NCBI GenBank assembly: GCA_012295275.1
Contig: CM022672.1
Span: forward strand, 32,612,001 to 32,676,000
Direction: 5' to 3'
DNA from: Chrysomallon squamiferum
Lineage: Eukaryota > Animalia > Mollusca
DNA: 64,000 bases
Of the stretch, positions 38,766 through 54,456 are shown one piece after another. Within the stretch, counting starts at the first letter, position 1. The number at the start of each line of letters is the position of its first letter. The notes below the pieces were generated by a model. The model was not told the origin of the DNA and made no database searches. It worked only from the letters and a program-made list of their open reading frames with translations. The translations under genes and the position numbers were made by a program.

Positions 38766-39759
38766 TACGTGTGAGTGTGTTCGTGTGTGTCTTTCTGTGT
38801 GTAATCGTCTTCTTTTATTGTGTATTTGTTTATGTTGTGTGATTCTCTGCCAAAAGAGGGACATCCCATAATACAGACATGTTATTTGATAGACAAAACT
38901 CTTTACTGGGTTATGTAATGTAACTTGTACACTCCTCGCTGCTTTAGTGGTACTGCTCCAGTCTGCTTGTTGTTGTTGTTGTGTCTACCAATTCCACACA
39001 CGCTGCTAGGAGAACTTACTTGTATTCTGCTAAACGGAAGAAAAAGATGTATTTTATGAAGTCCCCGTTTTTAAAGTTTAGCTCATGGGCTTCTCCACTG
39101 CAACATCCGTATTCAATACTTTTCACTTCATATAGACATTGTTTATATATCAATAATTATTATCTATCTTGTATTTCACTGATGTCTTGTTTTTCAGTGA
39201 TGATATATTTAAACCATAGCTAATCACAGACATAACATATAAAAGTGCTTATACACTGACTACATGTACCTACAGAATTTGTTCAGTCACAGTTTTCTTT
39301 GGCATACTCAGTGAATTCAGAGTAAAATGTTGTTTTATACAAGGTTTTTACTTATTTACTGATTACGTCCGTACAGTGGTTTGCTTTTCCTTAGAATTCA
39401 GTTTATAAGTTTGTGTTTGGAAGTTAAATGTAAACTGATTTAAAATTCCAATGATAGAAGTTAACTTGGTTGGTGAACGGTATTCATTGCATTTTAGGTT
39501 TTGGTTATAATCTGCTGTGAATAGATGTTCCTGCAGTGCTTTTATTCGGTTAAGATAAATGTTTTACAGCTTTGATAGTTTGTCACAGTTGTTTATTTTT
39601 CTGTGATCTGTGGAGGGAGAAGGTCATCCCATTATGCCCCATCCATTTCAGTTTGCCCCTTTACCAAATCTCAATATGAGGCAATATGGGAAATTTCTGA
39701 CCCTTCTGAAATTATCTCAGTATCTGGCAATGTTCTAAATTGCAGGCTGTTGACTGGAT

Positions 39760-40720
39760 TATTGATAGTTTATAACCTAACGAAGTACACTGTATTACGT
39801 CTGCCCTTGTAACGCATATCCATCACCAGTGAGAGTACAACACACGTTAAGTATCTCGTTATGCACCACTTTCCCTCAGTACTACCACCACTAGTACAGC
39901 TTCTGTTGTTATTATTAATTTCTACCGCAACTGTTACCTCTACTACTACTACTACTACTTTTACTACTACTACTACTCCTACTTCTACTACTACTATTAC
40001 TATTACCACTACTACTACTACTACTACTACTGCTACTACTACTATAATCTAATCTCTACAGAGTTGAGGGATAAAGCAGAGAGCGACCCTGGATTATTTC
40101 GAGGCTCGTGTTATGATCCTGTAAAGGTCAAACAGTTGAAGTTAAGAGGAGTTCTGCAAGTTAGTCGTCTGGTCATCTGACTGTCCTTGGAATGTATCAG
40201 ATATCGAAATGACCTATGACATGGAACAATACATTCTCAGTTCAACTAGGACAATAAAAATAAAAATAAAACAAAAACAAAACGTACAGACAATGACTGG
40301 TAGTCCGAGTTCGCTGGCTTCCCTCGACGATGGACAGGTCAGCAGGCGGCAGAAGACAAAAGTACTCGGACTAAACAAAAACTTGAAATCACTGGACTTG
40401 AAGTTCATGTAGTATATTTCTTCTTTTAGTATTAAACATTACTACTGTTTTATTCGACAGATGGTCCGCAAAGAGTCAGCACTGAAGGAAATAAAAACAG
40501 TTTTCTTGCTGATAACGGAACAATGTCTCTGACATGTGAAACAAGCAATGCAAACGGTGACGTCAGGTTTATATGGAAAAATTAATCAAATGATGATTAT
40601 ATAACTAACAATAATGAAATATAGAGGTTTAGAGGTAACCATGGTTACATTTATTGGAATATTCTGACATTCGTGACTCGCTGGTACCAGGATGGAGTCG
40701 TGATTTAGTGTTCTGTGTAT
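39760..40720 (+). pseudogene. Multi-Ig-domain (nephrin/kirre-like C2-set) cell-adhesion gene relic; exons ~39760-39860, 40062-40408, 40461-40720
   Basis: Best exon, after cgacag|: (Y)GPQRVSTEGNKNSFLADNGTMSLTCETSNANGDVRFIWKN*...GNHGYIYWNILTFVTRWYQDGVVI*CSV, with Ig-type C...W...DG...C spacing. The previous exon ends DDGQV..AEDK...LEVH. The first piece reads NLTK..YYVC..NAYPSPVRVQHTLSI. Confidence 0.72.
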
Positions 40721-41195
40721 CTGTGTATGTATGTATATACACACACACACATATAAATATACACAATGAGAAAAACATGTATCTATCTATATACATCTAA
40801 ATGGTCTCACAATCGAGAGGGCGCGCACACTACGTTTGCATAAATACACAGACCAACAGGTCCACAAACCCGGTGATTCACGTTTATAATGAACTGACTA
40901 ACACAGTAATACAAGTGACATACACGCACACGCACGCACGCAAACTGAAGAACAAATAAATAGAAATATGAATAGAAATAATAAATAAATACATTTTCAG
41001 AAATTATGTAATTAATAGATATGAAATAATCAATGGAAGGGAAGGGAACAGCCATGCGTCAGTGCAAACTGTATATTAAATAAGCAAACAACACTTACCT
41101 CTTTTACAAAGTTTTCATATACACATACATACAGTCAGTACGTACACAATAATACGTAGATATATAATTACACACATTCACACACAATATACAAT

Positions 41196-41235
<40 letters not shown>

Positions 41236-41804
41236 TCATACACATAATACAAACACACAATAAAAACACACATATACAGAAACATTCAGAGATACCCAAA
41301 TATATACAATACACACACATAATACACATACACACACATATACATAAATACATACATTCATACACATAATACAAATACATATACATATATACACACATAT
41401 AAATACACACATAATACAAACAGATAACACATACACACACAGACATATATATACACAACAAATACATAATACACACACAGATACACATACATGCATACAT
41501 ACAAATTCATACAACAGAGACAGATACACATAGATACGTACATACAAATACATACAAAATAATACAAACACACAGATACACACATAAACACTCATACACA
41601 TAATACACACAGCTACACATACAAACTCATATACACATAATACAAACACAGAGACATACATACATATATACTCTCATTATTTGTCCATGAATTGATTCTA
41701 GTAATGTTTGTTTTGAGTATAGTTTACAGGTTAGTTTTTTTTTTTAGGTCAAATGTGTATTATGTAACATTACAAATTCTCACTGAATTTTCTGTGGATG
41801 AATT

Positions 41805-41842
<38 letters not shown>

Positions 41843-42625
41843 GTGATGAACTCTCCCCTCTTTTATTAACTACTTTGACAATGTTAGCGGTATATATATA
41901 TATATATCCTCTTTATTTTCTGGCTAACATGCAGTTACGATGCAGTGGAAGTACAGTTTATATATAGTAGAGATCATAGTGAAGATGATTTTGAAACACC
42001 CACATCATAGATTTTGAACACGTTTATGTAGACATTCTTATTTAGAAAGTTTTTTTGGTTCTATATCATTTTTTCAAAAAATGTTATTTTATAGAAGTAA
42101 CTTATTTATTCTTGTTCATTGGCTGGTTTCTTTCTTTCCTTTTTAGTTTTAATAAAGAAAGGAAAAAAGAAAGCATAATTCTGAGCATGTGTTTTCTTTA
42201 AAGCAAAATTTCTTCTTTCTTTCTATATCATATATATCTGTTGTTACTAGAAACATTATTTCAAAAGTGATGACATCATATTTATACTAAATTTAAAAAA
42301 TAAAAAAAAAAAAAAAAAAAAAAATCTGGTGACGTCAATTACTCGGGCAGTAATCTAGAACCTTCTTTCTACGTCAAGTCGCACCACAGATTTCATTATT
42401 TGAACATTTTATTTTATTTTAGTTTAGTTTTGTATGAGTGAATATTTTCTGCGACTTTGGGAGTTCAGTCGACATAGGTAATTATTAATGATTTATAAAT
42501 GATTACAATATTGTAATAGAGTTACGGAATTTTATAATTTATCTGAATTTTATGCTTTCGAAGTAGATTTGTTTTGTTGTTACACATTTATATAAGACTG
42601 ATAGTTTTTGTGTGTTTTTCTTTTC

Positions 42626-42692
<67 letters not shown>

Positions 42693-44326
42693 TTATTTAT
42701 TTATTTTTATTTATTTTTTTTATTTTATTGTTTTTTTTTTTTTATTATTTTTTTTTTATTTTTTTTCAGACACTAGATGAACTGGAAGTGATTCTCATTC
42801 TTCTGTTGTGTATAACTTTTCTTTCAAAGGCCATCTACAGACGGTCTGGGATTCTAGTCTTGTTGAATTATGCAGGACATTCGTATCTGGTTGTTGGGAG
42901 TTCTCTCCCCTGGTGTAGACCAGCAGACGACTTCCGGCTCAAATGTATCTGTAATATCTTCTGAGTAGGTATCAGCCTCGACAGTTACCAGTCTGATAAA
43001 CTGTAGGTCGTGCCAGCATTCTTTTATTGGTAGAGCATCTTCAACACAATGGAAAAATACTTCTAAACAATTATTTTATTAATTTTTTGTTATTGTATCT
43101 TCCGGAACGACATGATTCTGTTACAAGAATATGGAGAAAAATATAAAGGTTACTTTACATTTGAGATAAAAGGATAAAACTTCAACTAAAATGAGTGGTC
43201 ACATTTTTCTGTCTTATCACCACAGCAATTTAAGTTCTGTTTTCAGTTAAGTTCACATGTGATCTGAATAATCAATTAATTATAAACACTTAATGAATAA
43301 ACATACATTCTTTATGTGAAAACTCCTGTGTCAAAACTTTACATGAGTTGATGTGAATTCAGCAAACACAATGTCAAACTCTTCACCAGACTTAACAATG
43401 AAGCAAAGTTGTGTATCTGATTCAGTTATCTTTCTTGTTATTGTTGTTTACTTCACTGAAAAAATGGTGACTATGATTCAGTATTAAGAACTGTGACTGT
43501 AATCAGACTGTTCTGTGTGTTTGATAAACTTTGTCTGTTTAGAGTCACTCAAACACTCACTGACGATTCCAAGTAAAATGAGTGATTACAACTTTCCTGC
43601 ATTCAAATGAAAATTGTTTTCAGATAATGTGTGCCTCACAAAACAATTCTTCTATAATGATTATACAAACATGTTATTGTTTTCACTTTGTTATAAACAA
43701 ATTACCTCCACTGGACAAAATAATTACTTAAATTTAATAACAATTACTAAAATAATAATAATAATGAAATAAAAAATGGTATGTGTTCACCTGTCAGTAC
43801 AAATATGGGTGTGGTACTAGCTCAGTGGTGGTGTAACAACAGCATGTCAGTCTGTAGATCTACCAACCTATTTTTATTTATCTGTAATTAAACTCTTTAG
43901 ATCCTCCCACCCTTCTGTTTATCTATGTATCATCCATCTATACACAGTATGCTTATTCCTCCTACTAAAACATCCATCTATTCATCCATACATCCATCAG
44001 TCCATCTATCTACCTATCTATTTGTCTAGTTATCTGTGCCTCTCTCTTGGAAACATATAAACAAGTACACTAAAATACCCACACATGTGCATAGCCATTA
44101 TATGTTTCTAGCAAACAAAGAACATATATTCAAATAAACATACACAGAACATATATTCAAAAAAACATACATTATACCCTCTCCTCATTTCAGACTTGCA
44201 TATAAACTCTCACTGTGTAAAACATGTAAACATGAACACTCACATGTACACTTGTGTGTGTGTGTGGGAGGGCATCAATGTAACATTAATACTACTACTA
44301 TGCTATTACCACTACTACTTCTGTTG

Positions 44327-44362
<36 letters not shown>

Positions 44363-44363
<1 letters not shown>

Positions 44364-44776
44364 GTTTATTCCCGAATCTGGCAGTGAGATTATAACACAT
44401 CTTAACTGGCCACGCCAGTTGTTCCATTTCTGGCAGTTTATTGCTCACCCTTACTAATTGGAGTTCCGTCACCTTAATTGATGTACTTTTGTCTAAATTG
44501 GTAATATTTCCTGTCTCCAAATTTTACAGAGATATAACATTAATTTCATGTCTCCAAACATTATTTTTTTTGAAATCTCTATTACGGCTCACCTCTGCTC
44601 TTCACTGCTCATTAAGGTTAATCTCGTTAATCGCCCCTCTGTTCTTCACACATCTCGTTATCCCCATGCGTCTAAATTGGCCTTAATTGCTCACGCCAGT
44701 TTTCCCATTTCTGGAAGCGGATTAGAACACCTCACCGCTTACCTAATCTGGAGACTGACAGTTTTGGGAACATACC
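44363..44776. mobile_element. Same TIR MITE, copy B
   Basis: 414-bp copy at the equivalent position in duplication copy B, with the same TIRs. Confidence 0.7.
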
Positions 44777-45758
44777 GATAGATAGATATAGATAACAGGC
44801 CAATCATTTTTGAGGATACTTCAACGTGAATACAGTACAATTTAGGACGTTATTATATACACCAGTTCATTGTAACTTAATATTATATAGGTAATACCAT
44901 GACGCCAGCAACGTAATGAAGAAAATACGTATAACAATATAGATTTTTTGTGACACTATGACGGAAATAGAATGCAAAAATTCCAGTTATTTTTAAATAT
45001 CGGTATTAATCAAAGTCTTGTAAGGAAATATTTCTGTATTTTCGCGTTATTTCAACTTCGTTATTGATGTCACAAATAAAAATGAAAGTTAATAATATAA
45101 CCGTATAATGTCGTTGTTAACATAAAACTATAAAATTGTGAATTTGTGCTGATCTAAATAATAACTGACAACATGATAAATAAAATTTTGTGTAATTGTA
45201 AAACATGGTTTAATCCTGTTTACTGAATTTGTTTTGATTAATTCACGGACGTTACTGTTGAGACCAGGACTGAATCAACTGCCGCTTACGTTAATGCTCA
45301 TCTTTGGATCAGTATTATGAACGCATTAAAAATATTCTTTACATTTGTATTTCACGTATTGTTTGTTTATTTTTCTATTGTAACTAACTGATGAAAAAGG
45401 GTTTCTTGTTTTATTTCGTAAGAGGTTCGACTTAAAATAGTATTGTTAACTTTGAGCTGTTGAGTTTTTAATTGTTCATATTAACTTTGTTATATATATA
45501 TATAATCATCAGAATTGAGCGATCACTTTCTGAATATAACAAAAACAACAACAACGACAACAACAACAGAAGCAAACATGTTAAAGGGAAACATGAAAAA
45601 CAAAATAACAAAGAGTTGGGTAAAAAAATAATAATAATAATAATAATAATTATAAAATAAATAAAAGAATAAAGCCAAATCGTCCATGTTTGTACTATAT
45701 ACCTTTCTCTTTCTGTCTCTCTCATTATATGTTTGTGTGTGTGTGTATGTAAATGTGT

Positions 45759-45820
<62 letters not shown>

Positions 45821-48087
45821 TGATATTTTATTCATACTGTGTGGACAATATAATGAGAGGCTTAGTGTTGGTTTCCAAAGCCTGGGGTAATGCACGTGTA
45901 TTACACTCCCTAACCACCCCCGAGCCCCTAGTGAACCTAAGAATTCTGCGCCTATACAACTGCCTATGTGGTCCCGCCCACGCTACGTCACTGACGTAAA
46001 CGCACTTTTGGTTTCGTAGGAATAATGTTATATATACTATGTGCGTAAGACTAAGAAAATATTTATACACATTACTATTATTTTTTTTTTTTGTTGTTGT
46101 TGTTGTTGAAAAGGACTTAACATATGGCTCATTAGATATCAAACGTAAAAAAATAAAATTAACAAATTTATTTTTCTGAAGTATAAACGTAATAATATAT
46201 AAAAATAGAAAAAATAGTAAGAAAGAGCACAAATATTTGTTTTATTTTTTATACGGTATAAAAGTAATAACACACACACACACACACACACACATACATA
46301 TGGACATACATACATACATTCACACATTACATACAAGGTGAAAGAATAATCTATAATTAACTCTGCTTTGAAGTGACAATAATTATCTGCAGCTTGAACT
46401 ACTTGTTTACGCTCAATCTCTTCAAACAATTGATTTCTTTACCCAAAGATCGCCAGTGCAGTTTAGCGCAAACAGGGCGGGGATGGTGATATCAGGGTGA
46501 GGCAGAGAAGGGTGAGGAATGTTTGTATAATTGAGAATGTGGAAAATTGATGATAATATTTTAACACAAAAATCTATTATTTGTACACTTTTCTTTTATT
46601 CGTCGTATTAGCGTCATTACTCTATCGATATATTAATAACTAAACATTAGAAACTTAACATTAAGTATGTCCTGAACAGAAACAAGTTTGCGTTGTCTAA
46701 AGATAATTTTCAAATAAAAGACAGGTTTACAACACCAGACCTAACATTTTTTTATTTGTTGTTAAGCGTTTAGAATTTATTATTTTAAATTTCTAAAATT
46801 TTATATTATTTGATGTTGCTTATTCTTATACGTTTTATATAAATCTTTAGTAAAATACAAATCTCGGAGTAGAAATGAACTGTTTTAAATGATCTTACTC
46901 AGTTTTCTTGTTCTTTCTTTCTATCCTCCTCTGCTCTCTGTATTTTTGTAAAGGTTTGTAGAGTCGAATCTTCTCAGTGTATTTCCTAATCAACCAGGAA
47001 CTTTTTCTTTTGTTTATGAGTAAATACTGTGTGTTTTCTGTTTCCTAATTATTCATTTCTGCTACAAACATATATTAACTACTCTTTCTGATAGCAAGTA
47101 AATCGCATAAAAATAATAAAATAAATTAATGTTATTGCTGGTTTTATTCTTTTTATTGCTGTTGTTTATTTTATTTATTACAACAACTCAATAACAGTAA
47201 CACTACAACAATTACTACTACTACCACTACTAATTCCCACATTAAAGATATCAGACCAATTATTGTCAGGCTTGCGAGTTCTGGAGTTTTCAGTTTTCTT
47301 TACCAAGGCGCGCGCGCACACACACACACACACACGCACGCAAACGCACATTATCAAGGCATTATAAAGATAATGTTGTTGTTATACGAAAATGCTATCA
47401 CCCCGCCTCCCCCCCCAAAAAAAAACATCGTCTTCCTATGAAAAATAATGGTTAGATTATCATTTGTCAAACGCATTTTATACTGTATTCTACAACGAGG
47501 AACTGACAAAGTTGTTAACGGTGTAAGGGAAATAACTCTAATAAGGCTATGTCGAACACGTGACGGGCACCTTTTTTTGTCCGCCATATTTAAAGGTACG
47601 TGACAAGTGTAGAGTTTTTCTTGGAAGCAAGGATTAATATTTGATATTATCGAGTTATCGTGGACTTTAACAATTAAAAGGGTATGTAGCTTATGGCATT
47701 AAACAAGTAGAAAATTAAGAAATAGTGTCAAGTTATATCATTTTTATAGTTTTATCAGGTCTGCTAAGTAATTGTTTTTTCAATACCTCGATTAACTTTA
47801 CATAGATTTCGCGATTTCACTGTTAGATGAAAAACAAAAAATAAATGTCTCTCACTTCGGAAAAAACAAAGTTCATCTAGATCAGATGTTTAACTTTGTT
47901 TAAAATATTATCAAAATACGACGACTGTCACCGTTTTCTTTAATGTTTACAGTAACTGAGTAAGTCAAAAATCATCTTGATTTGTTGGTATGAATCAGAA
48001 ACAAACTGTTACGATTATCATTAATGATTCTGGCTGCCTGTTACTAGACGTAGTAAAAAGTGCCATTTGATTGGGTTTTTTTATTTT

Positions 48088-48124
<37 letters not shown>

Positions 48125-48689
48125 AGGTGGAGCAGTGTTACATTGTTATTTTATACTTTTACTGAACATAAACATCAAAATTATGAATATAAATGTGTTG
48201 TTTATCAGTGTATCAGACACTCAAACATATAGTTATAATACATTTTGATTCCCCCTCTTCCTATTATTTTATTATGTAAGTACATTTGTTCTTCATATCT
48301 AGACTACCTTTTTCTTTTGCAACTTGATAAATTCCCAATTTTATACAGTTATTTTGCTTTTTGAGACAATACTAGAATTTTAATGAATTAAAATCACAGC
48401 ATTTCATCAATAAAGTTTGAAAAATGGAGGAAAATTACCCTAATTATCAGATAAAATATTGCCATTACTCCATTATTTTTCAAGTTAGGATCATAAATTT
48501 TATTGTAAGTTTTCTCAATACTCTTTCCAGTTATGAAGCACTAATTGATTTTTGAGCCATTTATTCTATTTTTTATTTCTTTTGTCACATACTGGGGCCC
48601 AAAAATTAGTAATTGCTGAGGTATGAAAACCATAAATTTGATTCTGTTTTTAAAATTTATTTATTTATTTATTTTTATGTCAAATAGTT

Positions 48690-48900
48690 ACCGTAAGTAG
48701 CAGAAAGGCAAAGGAGACCACAGAAAAGAACACGTTGGAGAAACAAAATTAAGTCCAATATAGAGGAGACATCAGTAACCTCCAGTGACATTGACAGAGA
48801 CTGCAGTGATCAGATGATACTGGAAATGTCCAGTGAAACCGGCACTGATAATTTCAGTTACTGCAGGGATGTTTGCTTGAGTGTTGTAGAGTGTGAAGGT
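48690..48900 (+). mobile_element. Probable Merlin-type transposase relic, copy B
   Basis: LEMSSETGTDNFSYCRDVCLSVVECEG; duplicate of 27800-28010. Confidence 0.45.
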
Positions 48901-49422
48901 TAGAAACAAAATAGTGAATCCATCTCATTTGCACTTTAGCAGTCAATTATGTCAGTTTTTACTTATTTACCATGTGAAAAACATATTACTCTAATACAAA
49001 CTAATAACTCTGAATTAAATTGTACCACTTTACAATATTTAATAAATTAACTTTTACATGTGGATGTTGGCCAAGTCACTTGTTTATTCTATTAAATATT
49101 GACTATATCAGTTATCTACATGTATGTAAATTTGTGTCATAATTACTGGAATAAATGTTAGGTTAATTATAAAAAGAATTTAGAGAGATAAAGCTTGCAT
49201 AGTTAACTGTTAAAGTGCAAATCTTATCTAATTTGCAGTTCATACCTGGTTACAGTTCACAGCTATTGTGACAAAGATGGATAATCTAGTATTTGTCTAA
49301 CACAAAATCTGATTATCTGTGAACCTATTTTCATTAGGTGCATTTCTTTACATATATTAACTACAGATATTCCATTAATGTATAAATTTAAACAATATAT
49401 ATAATCTTGAAATTTTCTAATT

Positions 49423-49466
<44 letters not shown>

Positions 49467-51074
49467 AATGACAAATATTAGAGAGGTTTAGCATAGACAT
49501 AATGTATTCATGTATCTGATTGTGTATGGACTTTCAGTTTAGCTTCCATGTAAAGCACTAAGTTTGTTTCAAAATAGGTCAAGAAAGGGAAGTAACTATA
49601 GTTCTAGAACTCATAAAAAGCTTTATTTGGATATATGTAGCTTTGGTTTAAACATGAATATAATATACATTGTTTTTGTTGTCAAATGACCAAAATCAAT
49701 TACTGGTTCTCCATTGATTTTGAAAGAAAAATGCAAGCAAATTTTATTCAGATAAATATTCGTAATCTTTTTCATATCAAAGTTATCAAAGATGCCTTGG
49801 AGTGATTTTAATCTGTTTTTATTTCTGATACATAATTTAATATGAAAATTAATTTTTAGAAAATTTTGTAACATACAAGTTATTTGTTATTTGTTTTCTT
49901 GCAGCAGCATAGTACACACAAAACTACAGACTGGCTAGTATTTTTGTTTGCAAACAAATACATTTTTAGTCTATTTCTCAGCAAGAAGCTAAGCAATGTC
50001 TTAAGGCAAAATAATTGTAATCTCATTCAGCCAAAGGTACATAAGTCCAAACCACTTTTTTGGAGAGAAAGGGATCTATCTTTAGCAATCATTTATGTGA
50101 AAACCAAGCAGTAAAATGCAACGATAATTTTAAAAAATCATAAAAAAGAAGATTAACCCTTTACAGTGTTTTAAAAAATTGCTATAACGATACAGAAATG
50201 CACATATGTAAGTACTTCACTATGCATAAACATGCACATTTAGGCATGTCCTGTATTGAGAAGATCTCACTAAAAAAGATGATACAGGTTCAGTACATGA
50301 AAGTTACATCTATGCTAAACCTCTCTATTAAATAAATATGTATTAATAATTATAATCAGTAAATAAACTGCCTTTAACTGCCAATATATGCAAATAATTA
50401 AAGTTCTGTTTACAGGGAAATGTGCAATGACAAACATTTAATGACAGTTTCTAAATTGAAAAATTTATGTTGCATTAATTAGCAGCCAACATGTAGCCAG
50501 TTTACAGCTTCTAAATTTGTACAGCTCTGTGGCTTCACTTTTCACTTTGATTTTGTGGTTTTCACCACATATGCAGGAATCTTGTAGCTATGGGTTTAGG
50601 GGTTTGAGACAGTTAAAGTAAAAATCCTTGGTTTGGGAAGCAATAAACTGGGTGTTCTGTTTGATGAACACAGAGGTAATGGGGAGGTGTGAGAGAGAAC
50701 ATGAAACTTTGGCCTTGTTTTTATAAGCATTTGGCTGCATGATGTTGTAAGAAACATTTCTCCCTTGTTTTTTTTTTTTTTTCATGTCATTAGGCAGTGT
50801 AATGTATGTGATTAACAACATATTGTTTAATGTGTGTGTGTGTCTTGGGCATTTTCATATGTAAATAAAAATAATTAAAATATCCACAAATGATAATAAG
50901 CAGAGAAAAATGCATTTATCTCACAAAAGTAGATCGATAAATATATATCTATATATATCAATCGATCTGCATTTGTCAGATAAATGTGTTTTGTTTTAAA
51001 AATTACTAAACTTTATATTTTACTGTTGGTGTTAAATTTTTTTTTTTACTGTTGGTGTTAAATATTTTTTGTAG

Positions 51075-54000
51075 GTCACTGCAGTATTATTCAGGTGCTG
51101 TCTAGAAAGGGAATTTACATCATGGAGAAGGATGAATCAGCTGTTACAGAAACCATTCTCATGCAGGCTGCACCATTCTGAGTTGTGAGTTTATTTTATT
51201 TTTGTGTTGTCAAGAGAAAAATAAGTTTTGTAATTGTTCTTAATTAATTACAAAATAGTGTAACAATAATCAGTTATTTCCTTTTGTTTTGTTGCATTAC
51301 TCAGTAAAATACTTTATTAATCACAAAGTATGTCAGAAGTATTATTATTTATTTATAACTGTTTGTTTGTTTATTTTTTTTTTTTTTTTTTTTTTCAGTG
51401 TGCTTCTACAGCTCTAATTGATGTGCTGATGTTGGCGTATGCCAGTGAATTTGTTTCAGTAGAACATGCTGTTCAAGCCGTCAGGTATGTTGTTGTTGTT
51501 TATTTTTTTTTTATATTATCTTGTTAAATACTAAAATTTGAAATCATTTTTCTAATTAAAATGAGTTTGTTTGGCTCTGTTAAAGTTTTTTTAATTTAAT
51601 TTTTTTGATAATATATGGTAAATTAAATTTAAGTTAAAGCTGAGATGTATTTAAAGGCATTCATCCTTCTACTTTGATCACTAAGTGATAGTTGAAAAGA
51701 AGAAGTATTATGATGATTGCAGTTAAATTTGTAAATGTATGAATGTATGAGGGAAGGAGAGATGATGAAGGAATGGCAAGACAGAGAACAGAGGGAGATG
51801 GAGAATGAAATTTGGGCTGCATATTTTGTATAATTTATCATATAATGTAATGAGACCTCTGATTTTACATTCAGCATTTTGAACAAGAAATTTTTAAACT
51901 TTCAGACAAATTACAACTTTTAACACATCCAGTGAACTTCCATCAGGCACTGAGGACACAGTTATTTTCTGGTTAAATAAAGTTTGAACTGCTGCCATTG
52001 CAAAGGAGAAAAAATCTGAGCAGGTGAATTTGAGTTTGTTTTCTTTATATTTCTCATTATTCTAAAACTAATGAAGTTTAATTTAATTTAATATATGAAG
52101 TTGCAGTTTGTAAATAATATATCAGTAAGTACACATATACACACACAACACACAACACATACACACATACCCACAGACACATGCATATACTTACATTCAT
52201 ATAAATGCGATTATTTTGTTGTAAATGTTTATTTCTGTATTTTAAAACAAAGGAATGAGTATTTTAAAGTGTTTAACTTTCCTGTTACATAGGAGACAGT
52301 GTACTGTAGTTTCTATTGTCTGCAGTCTCTCAGTTTTCATGGTTTGTTTAATAAACACAATTTTTGTAAATAAAATAATGAATCAGTTGGTAACTTTAAA
52401 ATTTACATACATTAAATTTATGAATGTTTATATATAGTTTAGAGAGATGTGTTGTTATTATTTTTTTAATTTTATACTTCATAATCAACAAAATGTATAG
52501 AAAATCTCTCTCTCTCTCTCTATCCACAGTCATATATCATCCTCCTTATTTTTTCCTGTATTATTAGATATTAACTGCCACATTGTTATTTATTTTTTCT
52601 TCAGATATATGTTTGAAAGATGGGTTAGGAATACCTAATTCTTTATATAATTTTGCCTCATCCCATCAATTTTTCCACTTCACTTACAAGGACTTCCTGT
52701 GCACATGAGATAGAATACGAGAAAAACTCTTAGTCTTTCCTGCAGAGCAGTTCTTCTGGATAGAAATGATAAAACTGACAGAGAATGGACAGCTTCTGAC
52801 TGGTCAGGAAGCAATAAGTAAGTTTTGTGAGATTTTTGAATTAATCTTTCATTATATTAATTTATGAAATTTATTATTGTACTGGTAAAATTGGGATTTA
52901 TACTATTGAGTTTTAGTGTATATTTAGAGGGATGTTTTTATGTATCTAAATCAATTTTTATTATTTAAAATGAGTGATTTCAGGCTTTGAAAGATATTTA
53001 TACAATGGTCAGTATTTGAGAAGGCTACTGATAAAGAAAGTTAATATTACAAAGAACTAGCAGAATTTATATTTATCATAATCAGGTTATAATATATATT
53101 TAAAAGATGCTGATTGGTTTTTTTTAATTCAGAATTTAGACTATATTAAAAAAATACTTATCTTTAATTATTCATTACCTCAGACTGTGTATGTGTTTAT
53201 CAGTATGTCTGTATGCATGCATGCACATTTGAAATAAAATAGCTTAAATATATTTTTGTCAACAAACATTCATTTGTATCTGTAAATGGCATTGATATAT
53301 ATATAATAGTAAATAATGTTATTAATAAAAGCAATAAAAAATTAAATTTTTTTTTTTATTTTGCTTTTTCAGGTAGATACCACAAAACAGACAAGTGTTA
53401 TTAGCTAAACATCAGAATGGGACACACACAGACAGCAGAACAGACAGAGAAGTTTGTCAAAAAACTGGTATGAAAAACACACTCATTAACTTTTCTGTTC
53501 AACAATCTACTTACATTCTTCTCAGTTTTGGTATTGGTAAAATATTCTCAATACAGAGTAAGAAAAACAGATTAGTGCAAGGATAGTCTACAATAACAAG
53601 TAAATTAATTGTGGTATACAAATAGCAGGATAACTTAGTTTACTTCCATGTTTCCTTATTTCCATTTGCATTGTTTCATTTCTTGTTAGTTTATATTTGT
53701 AGTAAGAGTAAAGAATACCAATTCTTGTTTTATTTTCAACTCCAAGAATGCAGTTCACTTTATTTAGTTTTTATTTGAAAGTTTAAGAATTAATTTTGCA
53801 ATCTTTTAGTTTTCACTGTAATTTAATGATTCTAAGAATTTAGTATATTTATAATTTAGAAATTAAAAAAAAATATAAGTATATCAGGATAAAACTTCAG
53901 TCATTAATATATGTATCTGTCAGAAAGAGAAATATTTGTATATCTACAAAGGTAAACAAATAAAAACTTGTTTTTCAGAAACTGCTCAGTACACAAGAAG

Positions 54001-54425
54001 AGGTAATTCTGTGAGCTCACCACAGGAGAGAAATGTCATCAAAGAATCTGTACTAGCCTGGCAGGAACAGAAGCATCTACAGAGGTTGTCGTTGTTCTTA
54101 CAGTAACAGCAGTAGTAGTAGTAAACTCATTTTTGTAGTGTAGTTGTTACAGTATTAGTACTTAATAATAATCATTCTTGTTTGTAGTAATAGGTGATAT
54201 TTTAGCCGATGATGCTTTGTGATCATAATGTATCTTGTGTGACTCACAGAAAAATACTAGCTGTACAGCCTGTAGTCATAGTACTAGTTGTAGTAGTAGT
54301 AGCAGTACTAATAGTAGTTTTATTGTTGCAATAGTAGTAGTAATAGAGGGAGTTTGAGTATATAACAGTTACATGAGAAATTATTATAAAAGTCAAATGA
54401 AAAGTAGGTGTAGAAATAGGAACAA

Positions 54426-54456
<31 letters not shown>

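Larger units (their letters stand above)
40563..53970 (+). repeat. Segmental duplication, copy B (~13.4 kb)
   Basis: Direct-orientation partner of 20303-32966, offset about 20.3-21 kb. Confidence 0.97.
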
